64,000 nt of DNA from Candidatus Kapaibacterium sp. (GTDB lineage: Bacteria > Bacteroidota > Ignavibacteria > Kapaibacteriales > UBA2268), in contig OY761611.1 in the NCBI GenBank assembly GCA_963664875.1, forward strand, positions 1,632,001 through 1,696,000, written 5' to 3'. The notes below the pieces were generated by a model. It ran no database searches and was not told the DNA's origin. It saw only the letters and a list, made by a program, of their open reading frames with translations. The translations under genes and the position numbers were made by a program. Below are positions 47,279-57,756 of this stretch, one piece after another. Positions within the stretch are counted from its first letter, which is position 1. Each line of letters starts with the position of its first letter.

Positions 47279-47917
47279 TTATATCTTTGATGCTACTTTG
47301 GCACCGATTTTTTCTAATATTTTTGTTTCGAAATAGCCGGAAGAAGACCAATAAGCAACCTCTTCGGTAACTAATGATTCGTAGCCGCTAATTTCGCATT
47401 TAACATCAAGAAAAACAGTTCCATCAGAGTTTTCAGTAAGAATCATTTTATACTGAACACGTCCGTTTTGCCACTCACCACCACGAATAAAAGGCAAATC
47501 TTTGAAGCTGTATTTTTTAATAATTTCGTAGGTATTATCTGCACCATCAACAAAGATGAAATAATCTGATTTGATTATACCTTTGTATAGACCTTCGTCG
47601 TCTTGTTTCGTTTTCTTGGTAATAAAATAGATTTTTTCAGCTTCGCATACTTCAATTATTGAGTTCCAAACTGTCTGAAAATCTACATCCTTGAAAGTAG
47701 TATCAAATGCAGGGCGGTAGTAAGGAAAATCTTCCTTAGAGATTTTTTCTCCCTGCCATTCGTCTCCCCAACCGGTAGTACCATCGGGATTTTGCTCTGT
47801 TTCTTTAGATTCTTCTTTTTTTTCTGTAGAGCCTTCCCAAAATTGGGCATTAGACTCAGAGTAAGAAAATGGAAGCATCAAAGCTGCCACCAACACTACT
47901 AAAAATAAATATTTCAT
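47279..47917 (-). CDS. Exported hypothetical protein
   Basis: Likely start MKYLFL at 47917 with signal peptide. Followed by hairpin GCAACATCT..AGATGTTGC. Confidence 0.65.
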   Translation of the reverse strand: MKYLFLVVLVAALMLPFSYSESNAQFWEGSTEKKEESKETEQNPDGTTGWGDEWQGEKISKEDFPYYRPAFDTTFKDVDFQTVWNSIIEVCEAEKIYFITKKTKQDDEGLYKGIIKSDYFIFVDGADNTYEIIKKYSFKDLPFIRGGEWQNGRVQYKMILTENSDGTVFLDVKCEISGYESLVTEEVAYWSSSGYFETKILEKIGAKVASKI

Positions 47918-47994
47918 AACACTTACCGTATAATGTAATAAACTCAAATTTTTCAAAAGTTAAGACTAAATCTTATAAAAAGCAAATAGTATTA

Positions 47995-48717
47995 TTATTT
48001 AACTTTCAATAGCTCTATTTCGTACACAAGCACAGCATGAGGCGGTATTGTAAGTCCTGCACCTTCTGCCCCGTAGCCAAGCTTAGCAGGTATTACGAAT
48101 TCTGCTTTGCCACCTTCTTTCATCATTGTGAAAGCCTCGTCCAATCCCTTGGAGTTGACTCCGACTTTTACATTTACCGGCATACGAGTGTAAGTATTTT
48201 CAAATTCTTTACCGTCGATGAACGTACCTCTAATCTGTACTTCTATCATATCGCCTTGTTTAGGTGACTTTCCTTTACCTTCCACAATATGTTTATATTG
48301 CAATCCGGAAGCAGCTATTTTGACACCATCTTCTTTTGCGTGATTTTCAAGGTAATTCTGCCCGTGTAATTGATAGAATTCGCCAAGTTTATTTCTAACT
48401 TCCCATGATTCTTCGCGTTTTTTAGCATTTTCCTCGCGTTCTTTGAGCATCTGCTCTTTGATAGCATTCTGCATTTCTTCTTCAGCAACAGCAGGAGTAG
48501 ATTTTGACCATGCAGCCCTAATGCCTTCAAGCATGGCATCCATATCGTACTGTCGTTTATCTTGTGATAACTCTTTTCCTATTTGATGCCCCATAGCATA
48601 ACTCAAACGCTCTTTTTCATTTTTTGGAGCATAGTCAGACACTTTTTCAATTTTTTCCTGAGGCTGACAAGAGGCTATAGCTAAGGCAGCCACACATACT
48701 AAAAATACTTTTTTCAT
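47995..48717 (-). CDS. FKBP-type peptidyl-prolyl isomerase (FkpA/Mip-like lipoprotein)
   Basis: Lipobox IASC. SYAMG, SGLQY..EGKG, GTFIDGKEF, IPAKLGYG and IPPHAVLVYEIELL motifs. Confidence 0.9.
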   Translation of the reverse strand: MKKVFLVCVAALAIASCQPQEKIEKVSDYAPKNEKERLSYAMGHQIGKELSQDKRQYDMDAMLEGIRAAWSKSTPAVAEEEMQNAIKEQMLKEREENAKKREESWEVRNKLGEFYQLHGQNYLENHAKEDGVKIAASGLQYKHIVEGKGKSPKQGDMIEVQIRGTFIDGKEFENTYTRMPVNVKVGVNSKGLDEAFTMMKEGGKAEFVIPAKLGYGAEGAGLTIPPHAVLVYEIELLKVK

Positions 48718-48725
48718 ATTATCCC

Positions 48726-49280
48726 TTATAAGATTATATGGAGATTTGGATTGATTTGTTTCAAGTTTTCGATATTTTTTTTGTCGATATTTACACCCGT
48801 CAATATAAGCTCTTTTAGATTTTTTAACAAATATATAGATTTAGGTAGATTAATTATATTTAGATAGCTCAAATCTAAAGTTTGCAATCTGTCTAAACCT
48901 TCGAGTGCTTCGAGAGCTTTTGTATCTAAGTTCTCATTCGCTGACAAATCGAGCGAAATTAGAGATGTCATTGAGTTTATAGCACTTATCTCTTCCAATT
49001 TATTTGCTGAAAGATTGAGTTCTGTCAAATTGCTAAAATTTGCCATACATTTGGGCAAAGAAATCAAATCATTTTGTGCCATGTTTAGATACTTCAAATT
49101 TACCATTTCGCAAAAAGTCTCAGGCAGTTCGGTGATAGCACTTCCTCCTAAGCATAGCTCTTCTATTGAGTCAGGCTTCTTTTCTAATGCACTATCCAAA
49201 CCAATTACCAACTCACCCGTATATGAATTAGAACTGCTAAAGATAAAAAGCACACAAAATATCGCAAACAATCTAAGCAT
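48726..49280 (-). CDS. Leucine-rich repeat protein
   Basis: LxxLxLxxNxL repeats (NLTELNLSANKL, SLISLDLSANENL). Confidence 0.85.
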   Translation of the reverse strand: MLRLFAIFCVLFIFSSSNSYTGELVIGLDSALEKKPDSIEELCLGGSAITELPETFCEMVNLKYLNMAQNDLISLPKCMANFSNLTELNLSANKLEEISAINSMTSLISLDLSANENLDTKALEALEGLDRLQTLDLSYLNIINLPKSIYLLKNLKELILTGVNIDKKNIENLKQINPNLHIIL

Positions 49281-49433
49281 AACACATTAAACCAATTACT
49301 TAATTGATATGTGTCGAAATATAACAAAAATATCGGAACAATTTGCACGGATTTTGCTATATAGTATCTTATCAGGTAAGCAAATTTATTGATTATGCTG
49401 CATTATACGTTGGCACATTTCTTGGTAATCTCG

Positions 49434-49952
49434 ATGAAAATTTTTGTTATTATTATCGCAATGCTTTTCGGCTTATTTTTGTCATATACATTTTTACTGA
49501 ATAGAGATACAAAATTGGACTCAGGTGCTGTGATAGATAAAATTCTTGTTGAAAAAAATAAAAGAGAGATGCACGTTTATAGAAACGGTGTCTGTCTAAA
49601 GACATATAAAATTGCTTTGGGAAGCAATCCAATTGGTCATAAAGAATGCGAAGGTGACGGAAAAACTCCGGAAGGCATCTATATCATCAATGATAAAAAT
49701 CCCAATAGTTCATACTACAAAAATCTTGGGATTTCATATCCAAATGAAAATGACATAGCCCATGCGGATAGTTTAGGTCTCTCACCGGGTGGTGCTATCA
49801 AAATACACGGAATCAAAAACGGCTTAGTTGCTTTTGCTAAAGCTATTCAACTGAAAGATTGGACTGCAGGTTGCATTGCCGTTACCGACGAAGAAATGGA
49901 AGAGCTTTTCAATGCTGTACCCATAGGCACTGAGATCGAAATATTACCCTAA
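49434..49952 (+). CDS. L,D-transpeptidase family protein (YkuD/YafK-like)
   Basis: EGDGKTPEGIY, ISYPN and IKIHG..DWTAGCIA catalytic motif. Likely start MKIFV. Confidence 0.88.
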   Translation: MKIFVIIIAMLFGLFLSYTFLLNRDTKLDSGAVIDKILVEKNKREMHVYRNGVCLKTYKIALGSNPIGHKECEGDGKTPEGIYIINDKNPNSSYYKNLGISYPNENDIAHADSLGLSPGGAIKIHGIKNGLVAFAKAIQLKDWTAGCIAVTDEEMEELFNAVPIGTEIEILP

Positions 49953-50253
49953 AAAAACATAATTCTAAAAAGCTCCACCAAATAATTGAACTTATCATGT
50001 TTTTGATTTTATTAAAGTATAATCCAATATAATTTGACAAATCAATTTTCAAAATTTGTATATTGTAAAATGGATAGATATTGATTCAAATTTTTTCTCT
50101 GAAAATACAATTTTTGCTGTTGCAGCTTTGACTAATAGTGCAACAGTATTTTCAGGGACTAATATTTTAATCAAATTGATTATTATTTTATCCGTTATTG
50201 GCTATAGCTAAGTAAGCGGATGATAAACAACAGTATAGTAAGAGTGATAAAAT

Positions 50254-50718
50254 ATGAACACTGAAAAGAAAGAATTTCGCCAAAGATTGGATTTTTACTG
50301 GCAGAGCCTCTCTGCTTACTCTGTAGTACTTATAGTTTATGTATTACTTCGCAGCACAATCGAAAGCGGAAGCGTTACATTTGATTATCATGACCCTTTG
50401 CTTTGGTTACTTGGTTTGTTTATTTTGATTGCACTCGTTGGGCTTTCATTTTCAGCATTCCGACGCAGAGCCGTTATTGTCGAAAAAGATAGAATAATCT
50501 TCAAAAACAGATTCGGCTCGAAAGAATATACTGCTAACGATATTGTTAGTATATCTCTGGGTAGAGACGGCATGGTTCAGGTAAAAAACTTATACCCAAT
50601 GATTAGAATCAAGCTAAATTCCAGAAAGCGTATGCTAAGATTGAGACCTACTTTCTTCCACAATCCGGAAGAACTAATCGAAAGCGTCAAAGACCTCAAA
50701 AAGGATTTGAACAGCTAA
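50254..50718 (+). CDS. Hypothetical membrane protein (two TM helices plus PH-like C-terminus)
   Basis: Two hydrophobic segments then a basic beta-rich domain. Coupled to the next ORF. Confidence 0.65.
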   Translation: MNTEKKEFRQRLDFYWQSLSAYSVVLIVYVLLRSTIESGSVTFDYHDPLLWLLGLFILIALVGLSFSAFRRRAVIVEKDRIIFKNRFGSKEYTANDIVSISLGRDGMVQVKNLYPMIRIKLNSRKRMLRLRPTFFHNPEELIESVKDLKKDLNS

Positions 50719-51284
50719 TGAAGATTGCAACTTTTATATTGCTACTCTTGAGTTCAACTGTTAGTGCTTTTGCTCAGCAAAAGACTAATATCGAGATTCT
50801 GGATTCACTTTGCAATCTGATGCCTTTATATCTTCATCACGAATTTGCCGACGTAAACGAGCTTAAATTAGATTTTAACAAGCATCCGAACGCTTGGTAC
50901 CCCGAACAAAAAATAGTAAACTCAGGCAAGTTTACAATCAAAGAATCTGACAGCATACCAAGGCTATCTATACTTCTAAGCGATTTTGGAGTTAAATACC
51001 GCAGGTTAAATGCTGACTCTTTAATCAGAGAGATTCATTTGGATTATGAAGCAGTATTGTATAAAGACGGTATTGCAATTCCACACCCGGGTAAAAAATT
51101 AGCATATATAGACAGTATCTCTGAGAAGGATTTGGGAATTTTGCAAGATTCGGCATTTCCGTTTAGCAAATCAGAAGTGCCTGAAAAGGATAAAACATGG
51201 CTGGACGATGCCTTGGAACCAATTATCGTAGTTGGTTCGGCAGCTCTTACAGTTTTATTGTTTTTTACCGTCAGGTCTAATTAG
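50718..51284 (+). CDS. Hypothetical exported protein with C-terminal membrane anchor
   Basis: Signal peptide SAFA-Q. C-terminal EPIIVVGSAALTVLLFFTVRS. Confidence 0.7.
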   Translation: MKIATFILLLLSSTVSAFAQQKTNIEILDSLCNLMPLYLHHEFADVNELKLDFNKHPNAWYPEQKIVNSGKFTIKESDSIPRLSILLSDFGVKYRRLNADSLIREIHLDYEAVLYKDGIAIPHPGKKLAYIDSISEKDLGILQDSAFPFSKSEVPEKDKTWLDDALEPIIVVGSAALTVLLFFTVRSN

Positions 51285-51406
51285 TTTATTTGAATTTGTT
51301 TTTTTTCAAAACCTATGCTATATTATTTTTTTGGATTTAACGTCGATAAGCAAACGACATAATCATTTTATAAATTTTTTAGATTCTTATACTTAGGAGA
51401 GATAAA

Positions 51407-51730
51407 ATGGCAGAGCCTTTACATGTAACGGACGCAAGCTTTGAAGCTGATGTAATGAAATCAGATGTACCGGTGTTGATCGACTTTTGGGCTACATGGT
51501 GCGGACCATGCAGAATGATAGCTCCGATTATTGACGAAATGGCTGGCGAATACGAAGGAAAAGCAAAAATATGTAAAGTGGATGTTGACAACAACCAACA
51601 GATTGCTATGAATTACGGCATACGCTCTATCCCTACTATCCTTATTTTCAAAGGTGGAGAAGTAGTGGACACTATAGTGGGAGCAGTGCCAAAACAGCAA
51701 ATCGTAGAAAAACTGAACAGACACTTCTAA
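51407..51730 (+). CDS. trxA: Thioredoxin
   Basis: DFWATWCGPC and IRSIPT motifs. AGGAG RBS. Confidence 0.97.
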   Translation: MAEPLHVTDASFEADVMKSDVPVLIDFWATWCGPCRMIAPIIDEMAGEYEGKAKICKVDVDNNQQIAMNYGIRSIPTILIFKGGEVVDTIVGAVPKQQIVEKLNRHF

Positions 51731-51756
51731 TTTTTTTTAAGAAGATATTTATAGGA

Positions 51757-51797
51757 AGGATTACTCCTCTCGCAGCGAGAGATGTAATCCTTTTTTT
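51757..51797 (+). terminator. Terminator after trxA
   Basis: AAGGATTAC..TCTCGC-a-GCGAGA..GTAATCCTTTTTTT. Confidence 0.75.
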
Positions 51798-51880
51798 GTG
51801 TGATTTGAGCTTATCAGTTTTGAAAATCCAACTATTCTCTTTTTGAAAGTCCTATTTTTGTGAAGAAGAAAATCTTTTAC

Positions 51881-51920
51881 AAAAAAAGCTCACGATATTA
51901 GATATTACCGTGAGCTTTTT
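51881..51920 (-). terminator. Terminator of the nuo operon
   Basis: AAAAAAGCTCACG..CGTGAGCTTTTT. Confidence 0.75.
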
Positions 51921-51948
51921 AAAAATTAGAGATATTAAGTATTTTGCT

Positions 51949-53454
51949 TTACATAAATATCTTCACCGATTCTCTTGCCCAGTCCAAGACTGATTGGAAG
52001 AAAATACCAATCAGTAGTGTAGGCACAGCAAGGAAGTACACAAATACTTTTGCGGCTACGCTGTACTCAAGTTTTTCTGCATCATCATTTACTCCGCGTA
52101 CCCACATATTGCGGAATACTTTTGCATAGTAAAACAATGAAACAACACTATTGAGTACACCCACCACTGCAAGCCAAATCATACCTTTATCCAAAACAGC
52201 AGTAAATAACTGCCATTTGCCGATAAAGCCTGCTGTAGGAGGGATACCTGCAAGAGAAACCATAAATAAAGTCATAGTTACACCAAGGAAAGGTGCTTTA
52301 TAGCCAAGACCGACATAGTCATCTAATTCTTCACTATCTATTTTATTTGCTATGAGCTGCACTACAAGGAATGCACCAAGATTCATAAGCAAATACATAA
52401 AGAAGTAAACATTGATGCCCATGATGCCAACTTCTGTCATTACGGTTACACCCATAAGCAAATAGCCGGCGTGAGCTATAGATGAATATGCCAACATTCT
52501 TTTCACGTTAGACTGCCAAAGAGCAACCAAGTTACCCAAAGTCATTGTTACCACAGAAAGTATCGATAGTACCATCTGCCAATCGAAGCTGCCCATTGTT
52601 ATCCAAGCAGGAGCACCATTCATGTCAGGAACGATGAACGCAACTTTTACAAATCTGATTAGAACAGCAAAGCCGGCAGCTTTAGAAGCTACACCAAGAT
52701 AAGCCGTTACCGCCACAGGAGCACCTTCGTAAACGTCCGGAGTCCAGAAATGGAAAGGAACAGCAGAGATTTTGTATGCGATACCTGCAAGAATCATCAG
52801 ACCTGAAACAAACACAGGAAGCAATGTGCCATCGTAGGCTGCAAGCATAGTGTTGATTTCATATAGATTTAAAGTGCCTGTGATACCAAACATAATAGAC
52901 ATACCATAAATCATGATACCTGAAGAAAGAGAACCGTAGATTACGTACTTCAGTGAAGCTTCGCTGGATCTTCTGACTTCTTTAGTGTAGCCTGCCAATA
53001 CGTAAGAGCTCATAGACATAATCTCGATAGCAAGGTAAATCATAATTAGGTTAGAAGCACCTGCGAGCAGGAACATACCAACCGCCATACCAATAGTAAG
53101 GGTATAGTATTCACCAAAGCCGTGAGACTTTTCTTCCAACTCTTTCGAGAAGAAAGCCATAAGCACTACCACGATAGTAGCAAGAAATATCAATACTTTA
53201 AAATACATAGCAAATGGATCAACTGCGAGCATACCCGAAAAGGTGCTTGCCGCCTCGCCGCTTCCATGGTCAAACAAAAACCAACCGGTAACAGCTAAAC
53301 CTGCTAAAGCAGCATATCCACCTGCATGCTTCACTTTACTGAATATCAGATCTGCAAGGATCACTACTACGAGCGTAATTATCATCGCAGTTTCAGGTTT
53401 AAAGAGGCTTATGCTCTCTCGCAATCCGTCAACAAATTCGTTTATCGGAATCAT
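51949..53454 (-). CDS. nuoN: NADH-quinone oxidoreductase subunit N
   Basis: EASLKY, KISAVPFHFWTPDVYEGAP and KRMLAYSSIAHAGY motifs. Confidence 0.95.
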   Translation of the reverse strand: MIPINEFVDGLRESISLFKPETAMIITLVVVILADLIFSKVKHAGGYAALAGLAVTGWFLFDHGSGEAASTFSGMLAVDPFAMYFKVLIFLATIVVVLMAFFSKELEEKSHGFGEYYTLTIGMAVGMFLLAGASNLIMIYLAIEIMSMSSYVLAGYTKEVRRSSEASLKYVIYGSLSSGIMIYGMSIMFGITGTLNLYEINTMLAAYDGTLLPVFVSGLMILAGIAYKISAVPFHFWTPDVYEGAPVAVTAYLGVASKAAGFAVLIRFVKVAFIVPDMNGAPAWITMGSFDWQMVLSILSVVTMTLGNLVALWQSNVKRMLAYSSIAHAGYLLMGVTVMTEVGIMGINVYFFMYLLMNLGAFLVVQLIANKIDSEELDDYVGLGYKAPFLGVTMTLFMVSLAGIPPTAGFIGKWQLFTAVLDKGMIWLAVVGVLNSVVSLFYYAKVFRNMWVRGVNDDAEKLEYSVAAKVFVYFLAVPTLLIGIFFQSVLDWARESVKIFM

Positions 53455-53484
53455 ACTATAACAGCTTAAGTTTTTGAAATAAAA

Positions 53485-55116
53485 TTATAGACCAACTGAA
53501 GCGAACTGTCCGCTTACTTTTACAAATTCGATTAAATGATTTACAGAAGTATTCATCATATCCACGATTGGAGCAGGATTGATACCTAAGTAAATAACTA
53601 CAATTGCTAATGGCACTAGACCTGCAAGCTCGATACCGTTGATATCGTCATGTTTGTAAACTTCTCCGGTCGGATCCCAAGGTCCCTGCCATTTTTCAGG
53701 AAGTTTGCCAAACCATACTTTTTGCAAAGCCCACAACATATAACCCGCACCAAGCACTATACCTGTAGCAGCCAATACTGTGTACCAAATATAAGATTGG
53801 AAAGCACCTAAGAATATCATAACTTCGCTAACGAAGCCACTCATGCCCGGCAAACCAATCGCTGCAAACCATGCAATAGTCATTACACCTGTATAAACAG
53901 GCATTTTGTTTGCTAAACCACCGAAATCTTCCAAGCCTCTTGTGTGAGCGCGATCATAGATAACACCCACAATCATGAAGAGCATTGCAGTGATAGTACC
54001 GTGGTTGAACATTTGGAAAATTGCACCTGCCATACCTTCTGTATTCATAGCTGCCATACCAAGCATGACATAACCCATGTGAGAAACAGAAGAGTAAGCA
54101 ATCATTTTCTTCAAGTCTTTCTGACCAAACTGATGCTGTCCCAATGCCGCTAAAGCACCATACAAGATAGAAAACATACCCAAAAAGGCAATGTAATCCT
54201 GGAAGTATTTTACTGCTTCAGGGAAGATTGGCCATGAAATACGCAACATGCCATAAGTACCCATTTTCAAAAGTACGCCGGCAAGTATCACAGAGATAGC
54301 TGTTGGAGCTTCTACGTGTGCATCAGGCAACCATGTATGGAATGGAACAACCGGAACTTTGATTGCAAAACCTACAAAAAGAGCAGCAAATGCAATAAGT
54401 CGCCAAGTCGGATCCAACATCAACGCACCTTCTTTGAAGGTATTAGGGTTCATCATGTCAATCAAGTTGAAAGAGCCTGCAGCAAAGTACAAAGCAACCA
54501 TCACAAGCAACATGAAAACAGAACCAAATAAAGTATAAAGGAAGAACTTGATAGCAGCATATTCTTTTCTCGGACCGCCCCAAATACCAATAAGGAAGTA
54601 CATAGGAAGTAGCATAATTTCCCAGAAAAGATAGAATAAGAAAAAGTCTAGTGCGATAAACACACCCATCATACCCATAACTAAAAGCAAATACATTGCA
54701 AAGTAGCCTTTAGCAGCTTTCTTGATAGACCAAGAAGCAAAAGTAGCTACAAAAGAAATGAGCGCTGTCAACAAAATCATAGGTGCTGACAAACCATCAA
54801 TACCAATAAAGTATTGAATATTCAAATCACCTAATAATGGAAGACCGGACAAGTGAATCCAATCAACCTTCTCGATGAATTGGAAAGTTTCCGCTTGATT
54901 TACACCGGAAAGTGCAAAGTCGAAGTTACTGTAAATCACCAATGCTAATATTAATTGCAAAAAGGTGGTACCGGCTGTAACCCAACGGAATAGATTCAAT
55001 GACGCTGCTTTGCTCGCTTCATCTTTACCGGATGGAATGAGCAATACTACGATCATACCTAACAAAGGCAAGAATGTAATCGCAGTAAGCAACCCAACTC
55101 CAAAAATCTCAGTCAT
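53485..55116 (-). CDS. nuoM: NADH-quinone oxidoreductase subunit M
   Basis: FWEIMLLPMYFLI, PFHTWLPDAHVEAPT, LLKMGTYG and IAYSSVSHMG motifs. Confidence 0.95.
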   Translation of the reverse strand: MTEIFGVGLLTAITFLPLLGMIVVLLIPSGKDEASKAASLNLFRWVTAGTTFLQLILALVIYSNFDFALSGVNQAETFQFIEKVDWIHLSGLPLLGDLNIQYFIGIDGLSAPMILLTALISFVATFASWSIKKAAKGYFAMYLLLVMGMMGVFIALDFFLFYLFWEIMLLPMYFLIGIWGGPRKEYAAIKFFLYTLFGSVFMLLVMVALYFAAGSFNLIDMMNPNTFKEGALMLDPTWRLIAFAALFVGFAIKVPVVPFHTWLPDAHVEAPTAISVILAGVLLKMGTYGMLRISWPIFPEAVKYFQDYIAFLGMFSILYGALAALGQHQFGQKDLKKMIAYSSVSHMGYVMLGMAAMNTEGMAGAIFQMFNHGTITAMLFMIVGVIYDRAHTRGLEDFGGLANKMPVYTGVMTIAWFAAIGLPGMSGFVSEVMIFLGAFQSYIWYTVLAATGIVLGAGYMLWALQKVWFGKLPEKWQGPWDPTGEVYKHDDINGIELAGLVPLAIVVIYLGINPAPIVDMMNTSVNHLIEFVKVSGQFASVGL

Positions 55117-55164
55117 TAATCCTCCGGATCACTAATTATTTTACTTGCTAATTATCAAATATTA

Positions 55165-57372
55165 TTAAAATGCCATAAATAGTATTATCATAAAGATAAT
55201 AATCGTAAGTGCCAAATATGCCTGCACTTTGCCTGTTTGTACTTTTCTGAGTAATGCTCCGAAGAATCCGGTTGCATCTGCAGTAAAGTTTACAATACCG
55301 TCCACAACGTATTTATCAAACACACCGATAGCAAGTGCTGCTTTTTTGAAAATCCAGCCCATTGCGTTTACAGCTCCATCAACTACTTTCAAGTCGAACC
55401 ATGAGATTACACGTCCGAGATTGATAGTGCCATTGATGAATGATGCCTGATAAATTTCGTCGATAAACCATTTGTTAAATGATAGATTGTATGCAGGCTT
55501 AATGAGATTGGCAAGGTTATCAGCATTAAACACTTTAAACTGATAGAATGCAAAACCAAATAAAATACCACCACCTGCGATTAGCAATGAGGCAATCATT
55601 GCCGGTATATGTGCATGGTGCATCTGCTCTTCGAACTTAGTAGCTGCCTGATGTTCGCCGTGGGCGTCTTCAGTGTGAGCTGCGTGTGCCTCTTCACCGT
55701 GTGAGTGACTGTGAGCTTCCTCAGCATCGGTATGAGAGTGAGCTTTTTCACCATGAGCTTCAGCCATCTGAACTTCACCGTGGTGAGCATCTAATGGCAT
55801 CATAAAGTCAAACTGAAATTCTGCAGGAACAACTGTCATCGGAGTTTTCACTCTATCATGGAACCAGCCTGAGCCTGCATTGAAAGGATTCCATGAGTAG
55901 AAAAATGATATTGAAAGCACTGCAAGAAGTACAAGCGGGCCAACAATCTGCCAGCTGTTTTCTTTTGTGTGTGCTGAAATATCTGTTTTAGCATTACCAT
56001 GGAAAGCGCTAATCGTTAATCTAAACATATAGAAAGCAGTCATAGCTGCCGCACCAAAACCGGACAAAGGCAAGAGCCAGTGACCACTAAGTTCAGCAAA
56101 AGCTAATGTACCTGCTAAAATACCATCTTTAGAAAGGAAGCCAGAAGTAAAAGGCACACCTGAGATTGCTAAAGTGGCAATTAAAAACGTAACATAAGTA
56201 ATGGGCATTGTTTTTCTTAAACCACCCATATTTCTTATATCTTGTGGATCCATATCATGGTTATGTGCATGGTGCATAGATTCGTGCATCGCATGGATGA
56301 CAGAACCGGAACCAAGGAACAAACATGCTTTAAACCAAGCGTGAGTTACCAAGTGCATAAAACCTGTTGTGAATGCACCAACACCAATTGCAAGCACCAT
56401 ATACCCAAGCTGTGACACTGTAGAGTATGCAAGCACTTTTTTGAAGTCGTTTTGTGTGATGGCAATTGTTGCAGCAAGGAAGGCTGTAATACCACCAACA
56501 TAAGCTACAAACAACATTGCATCTGCAGTAAGCATTGGGAAAATTCTCGCTGTAAGATACACACCGGCAGCAACCATAGTCGCAGCGTGGATCAAAGCAC
56601 TTACAGGAGTAGGACCTTCCATCGCGTCAGGCAACCAGACGTGCAACGGAAACTGTGCAGATTTACCAATCGCACCGGCAAAAATAAGAATGCCGGCAGC
56701 TGTCAGCCAAGCACCGCTATCATAAGGGATATTTCCTGCGGCGATTTGTGCATATACTTCATCGAAAATAAGAGTGCCGTAATTAGCAAACAAAATCAGG
56801 ATACCAATTAGAAAACCAAAGTCACCAATTCTGTTTGTAATAAATGCCTTTTTATTAGCATTTGCAGCAGAGTCTTTTTCGTACCAAAAGCCGATAAGCA
56901 AGTAAGAACTGACGCCTACCAACTCCCAGAAGATATACATATTTAAAAAGTTATTGGCTAGCACTATCCCGAGCATCGAGAATGTAAACAAGCCAAGATA
57001 CGCAAAAAATCTCGGGAAGCGTTTGTCGCCATGCATGTAAACAGTAGAGAACACATGGACAAGAAAACTTATCAGGTTCACTACGACAAGCATTATGGCA
57101 GCCAAATTATCTAAACCGAGACCGAGTTTGATGGTCTTGTTGCCAATGGAAAACCATTCAATCACTTCTTGGATCATACCCGCATCAGCATAAGTAGTCA
57201 GTTTGGTAAACGCAACTACCAATGTGAGAAGCAGAGTAAGTCCTTGAAATATAGAACCAACCACACCGCCTGCTTTAGTCAATCTTTTTTGGTTAAATAT
57301 AATAACCGTAAAGCTGAGCAAAGGCATCAGTATGATTACCATTGAAAGTAGTAATAAGGTTTCCGGTTTCAT
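55165..57372 (-). CDS. nuoL: NADH-quinone oxidoreductase subunit L
   Basis: GKSAQFPLHVWLPDAMEGPTPVSALIHAATMV and LAYSTVSQLG motifs. His-rich insertion. Confidence 0.95.
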   Translation of the reverse strand: MKPETLLLLSMVIILMPLLSFTVIIFNQKRLTKAGGVVGSIFQGLTLLLTLVVAFTKLTTYADAGMIQEVIEWFSIGNKTIKLGLGLDNLAAIMLVVVNLISFLVHVFSTVYMHGDKRFPRFFAYLGLFTFSMLGIVLANNFLNMYIFWELVGVSSYLLIGFWYEKDSAANANKKAFITNRIGDFGFLIGILILFANYGTLIFDEVYAQIAAGNIPYDSGAWLTAAGILIFAGAIGKSAQFPLHVWLPDAMEGPTPVSALIHAATMVAAGVYLTARIFPMLTADAMLFVAYVGGITAFLAATIAITQNDFKKVLAYSTVSQLGYMVLAIGVGAFTTGFMHLVTHAWFKACLFLGSGSVIHAMHESMHHAHNHDMDPQDIRNMGGLRKTMPITYVTFLIATLAISGVPFTSGFLSKDGILAGTLAFAELSGHWLLPLSGFGAAAMTAFYMFRLTISAFHGNAKTDISAHTKENSWQIVGPLVLLAVLSISFFYSWNPFNAGSGWFHDRVKTPMTVVPAEFQFDFMMPLDAHHGEVQMAEAHGEKAHSHTDAEEAHSHSHGEEAHAAHTEDAHGEHQAATKFEEQMHHAHIPAMIASLLIAGGGILFGFAFYQFKVFNADNLANLIKPAYNLSFNKWFIDEIYQASFINGTINLGRVISWFDLKVVDGAVNAMGWIFKKAALAIGVFDKYVVDGIVNFTADATGFFGALLRKVQTGKVQAYLALTIIIFMIILFMAF

Positions 57373-57432
57373 AATTCAAACTTTATACTATTGTTATATA
57401 CTTTTTCGAAATACTTTCTCAAAAACCAAAAA

Positions 57433-57741
57433 CTATTCTTTGAGTTTGTTGATTTCATCTACATTAACATGCTTATAGTTTTGATATATATTCAAAACTA
57501 TCGCAAGAGCAACTGCAACTTCTGCCGCTGCAAGAATAATAACAAATATTGCAGCAATGTGCCCTTCAATATTCAAGCCGCCGTATCTGGCAAAAGCAAT
57601 GAAATTGAGATTGGCAGAGTTGAGTATCAGCTCAAGGCCCATAAGCACCATGATTGCATTTTTTCTGGTAATAATACCAAATATGCCCAGGGCAAAAAGC
57701 AATCCGCTAACAACCAAAAAATGTTCTAAACCTATGCCCAT
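57433..57741 (-). CDS. nuoK: NADH-quinone oxidoreductase subunit K
   Basis: LMGLELILN and AAAEVAVALA motifs. Confidence 0.95.
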   Translation of the reverse strand: MGIGLEHFLVVSGLLFALGIFGIITRKNAIMVLMGLELILNSANLNFIAFARYGGLNIEGHIAAIFVIILAAAEVAVALAIVLNIYQNYKHVNVDEINKLKE

Positions 57742-57756
57742 TTCAAATTCCTTTTA

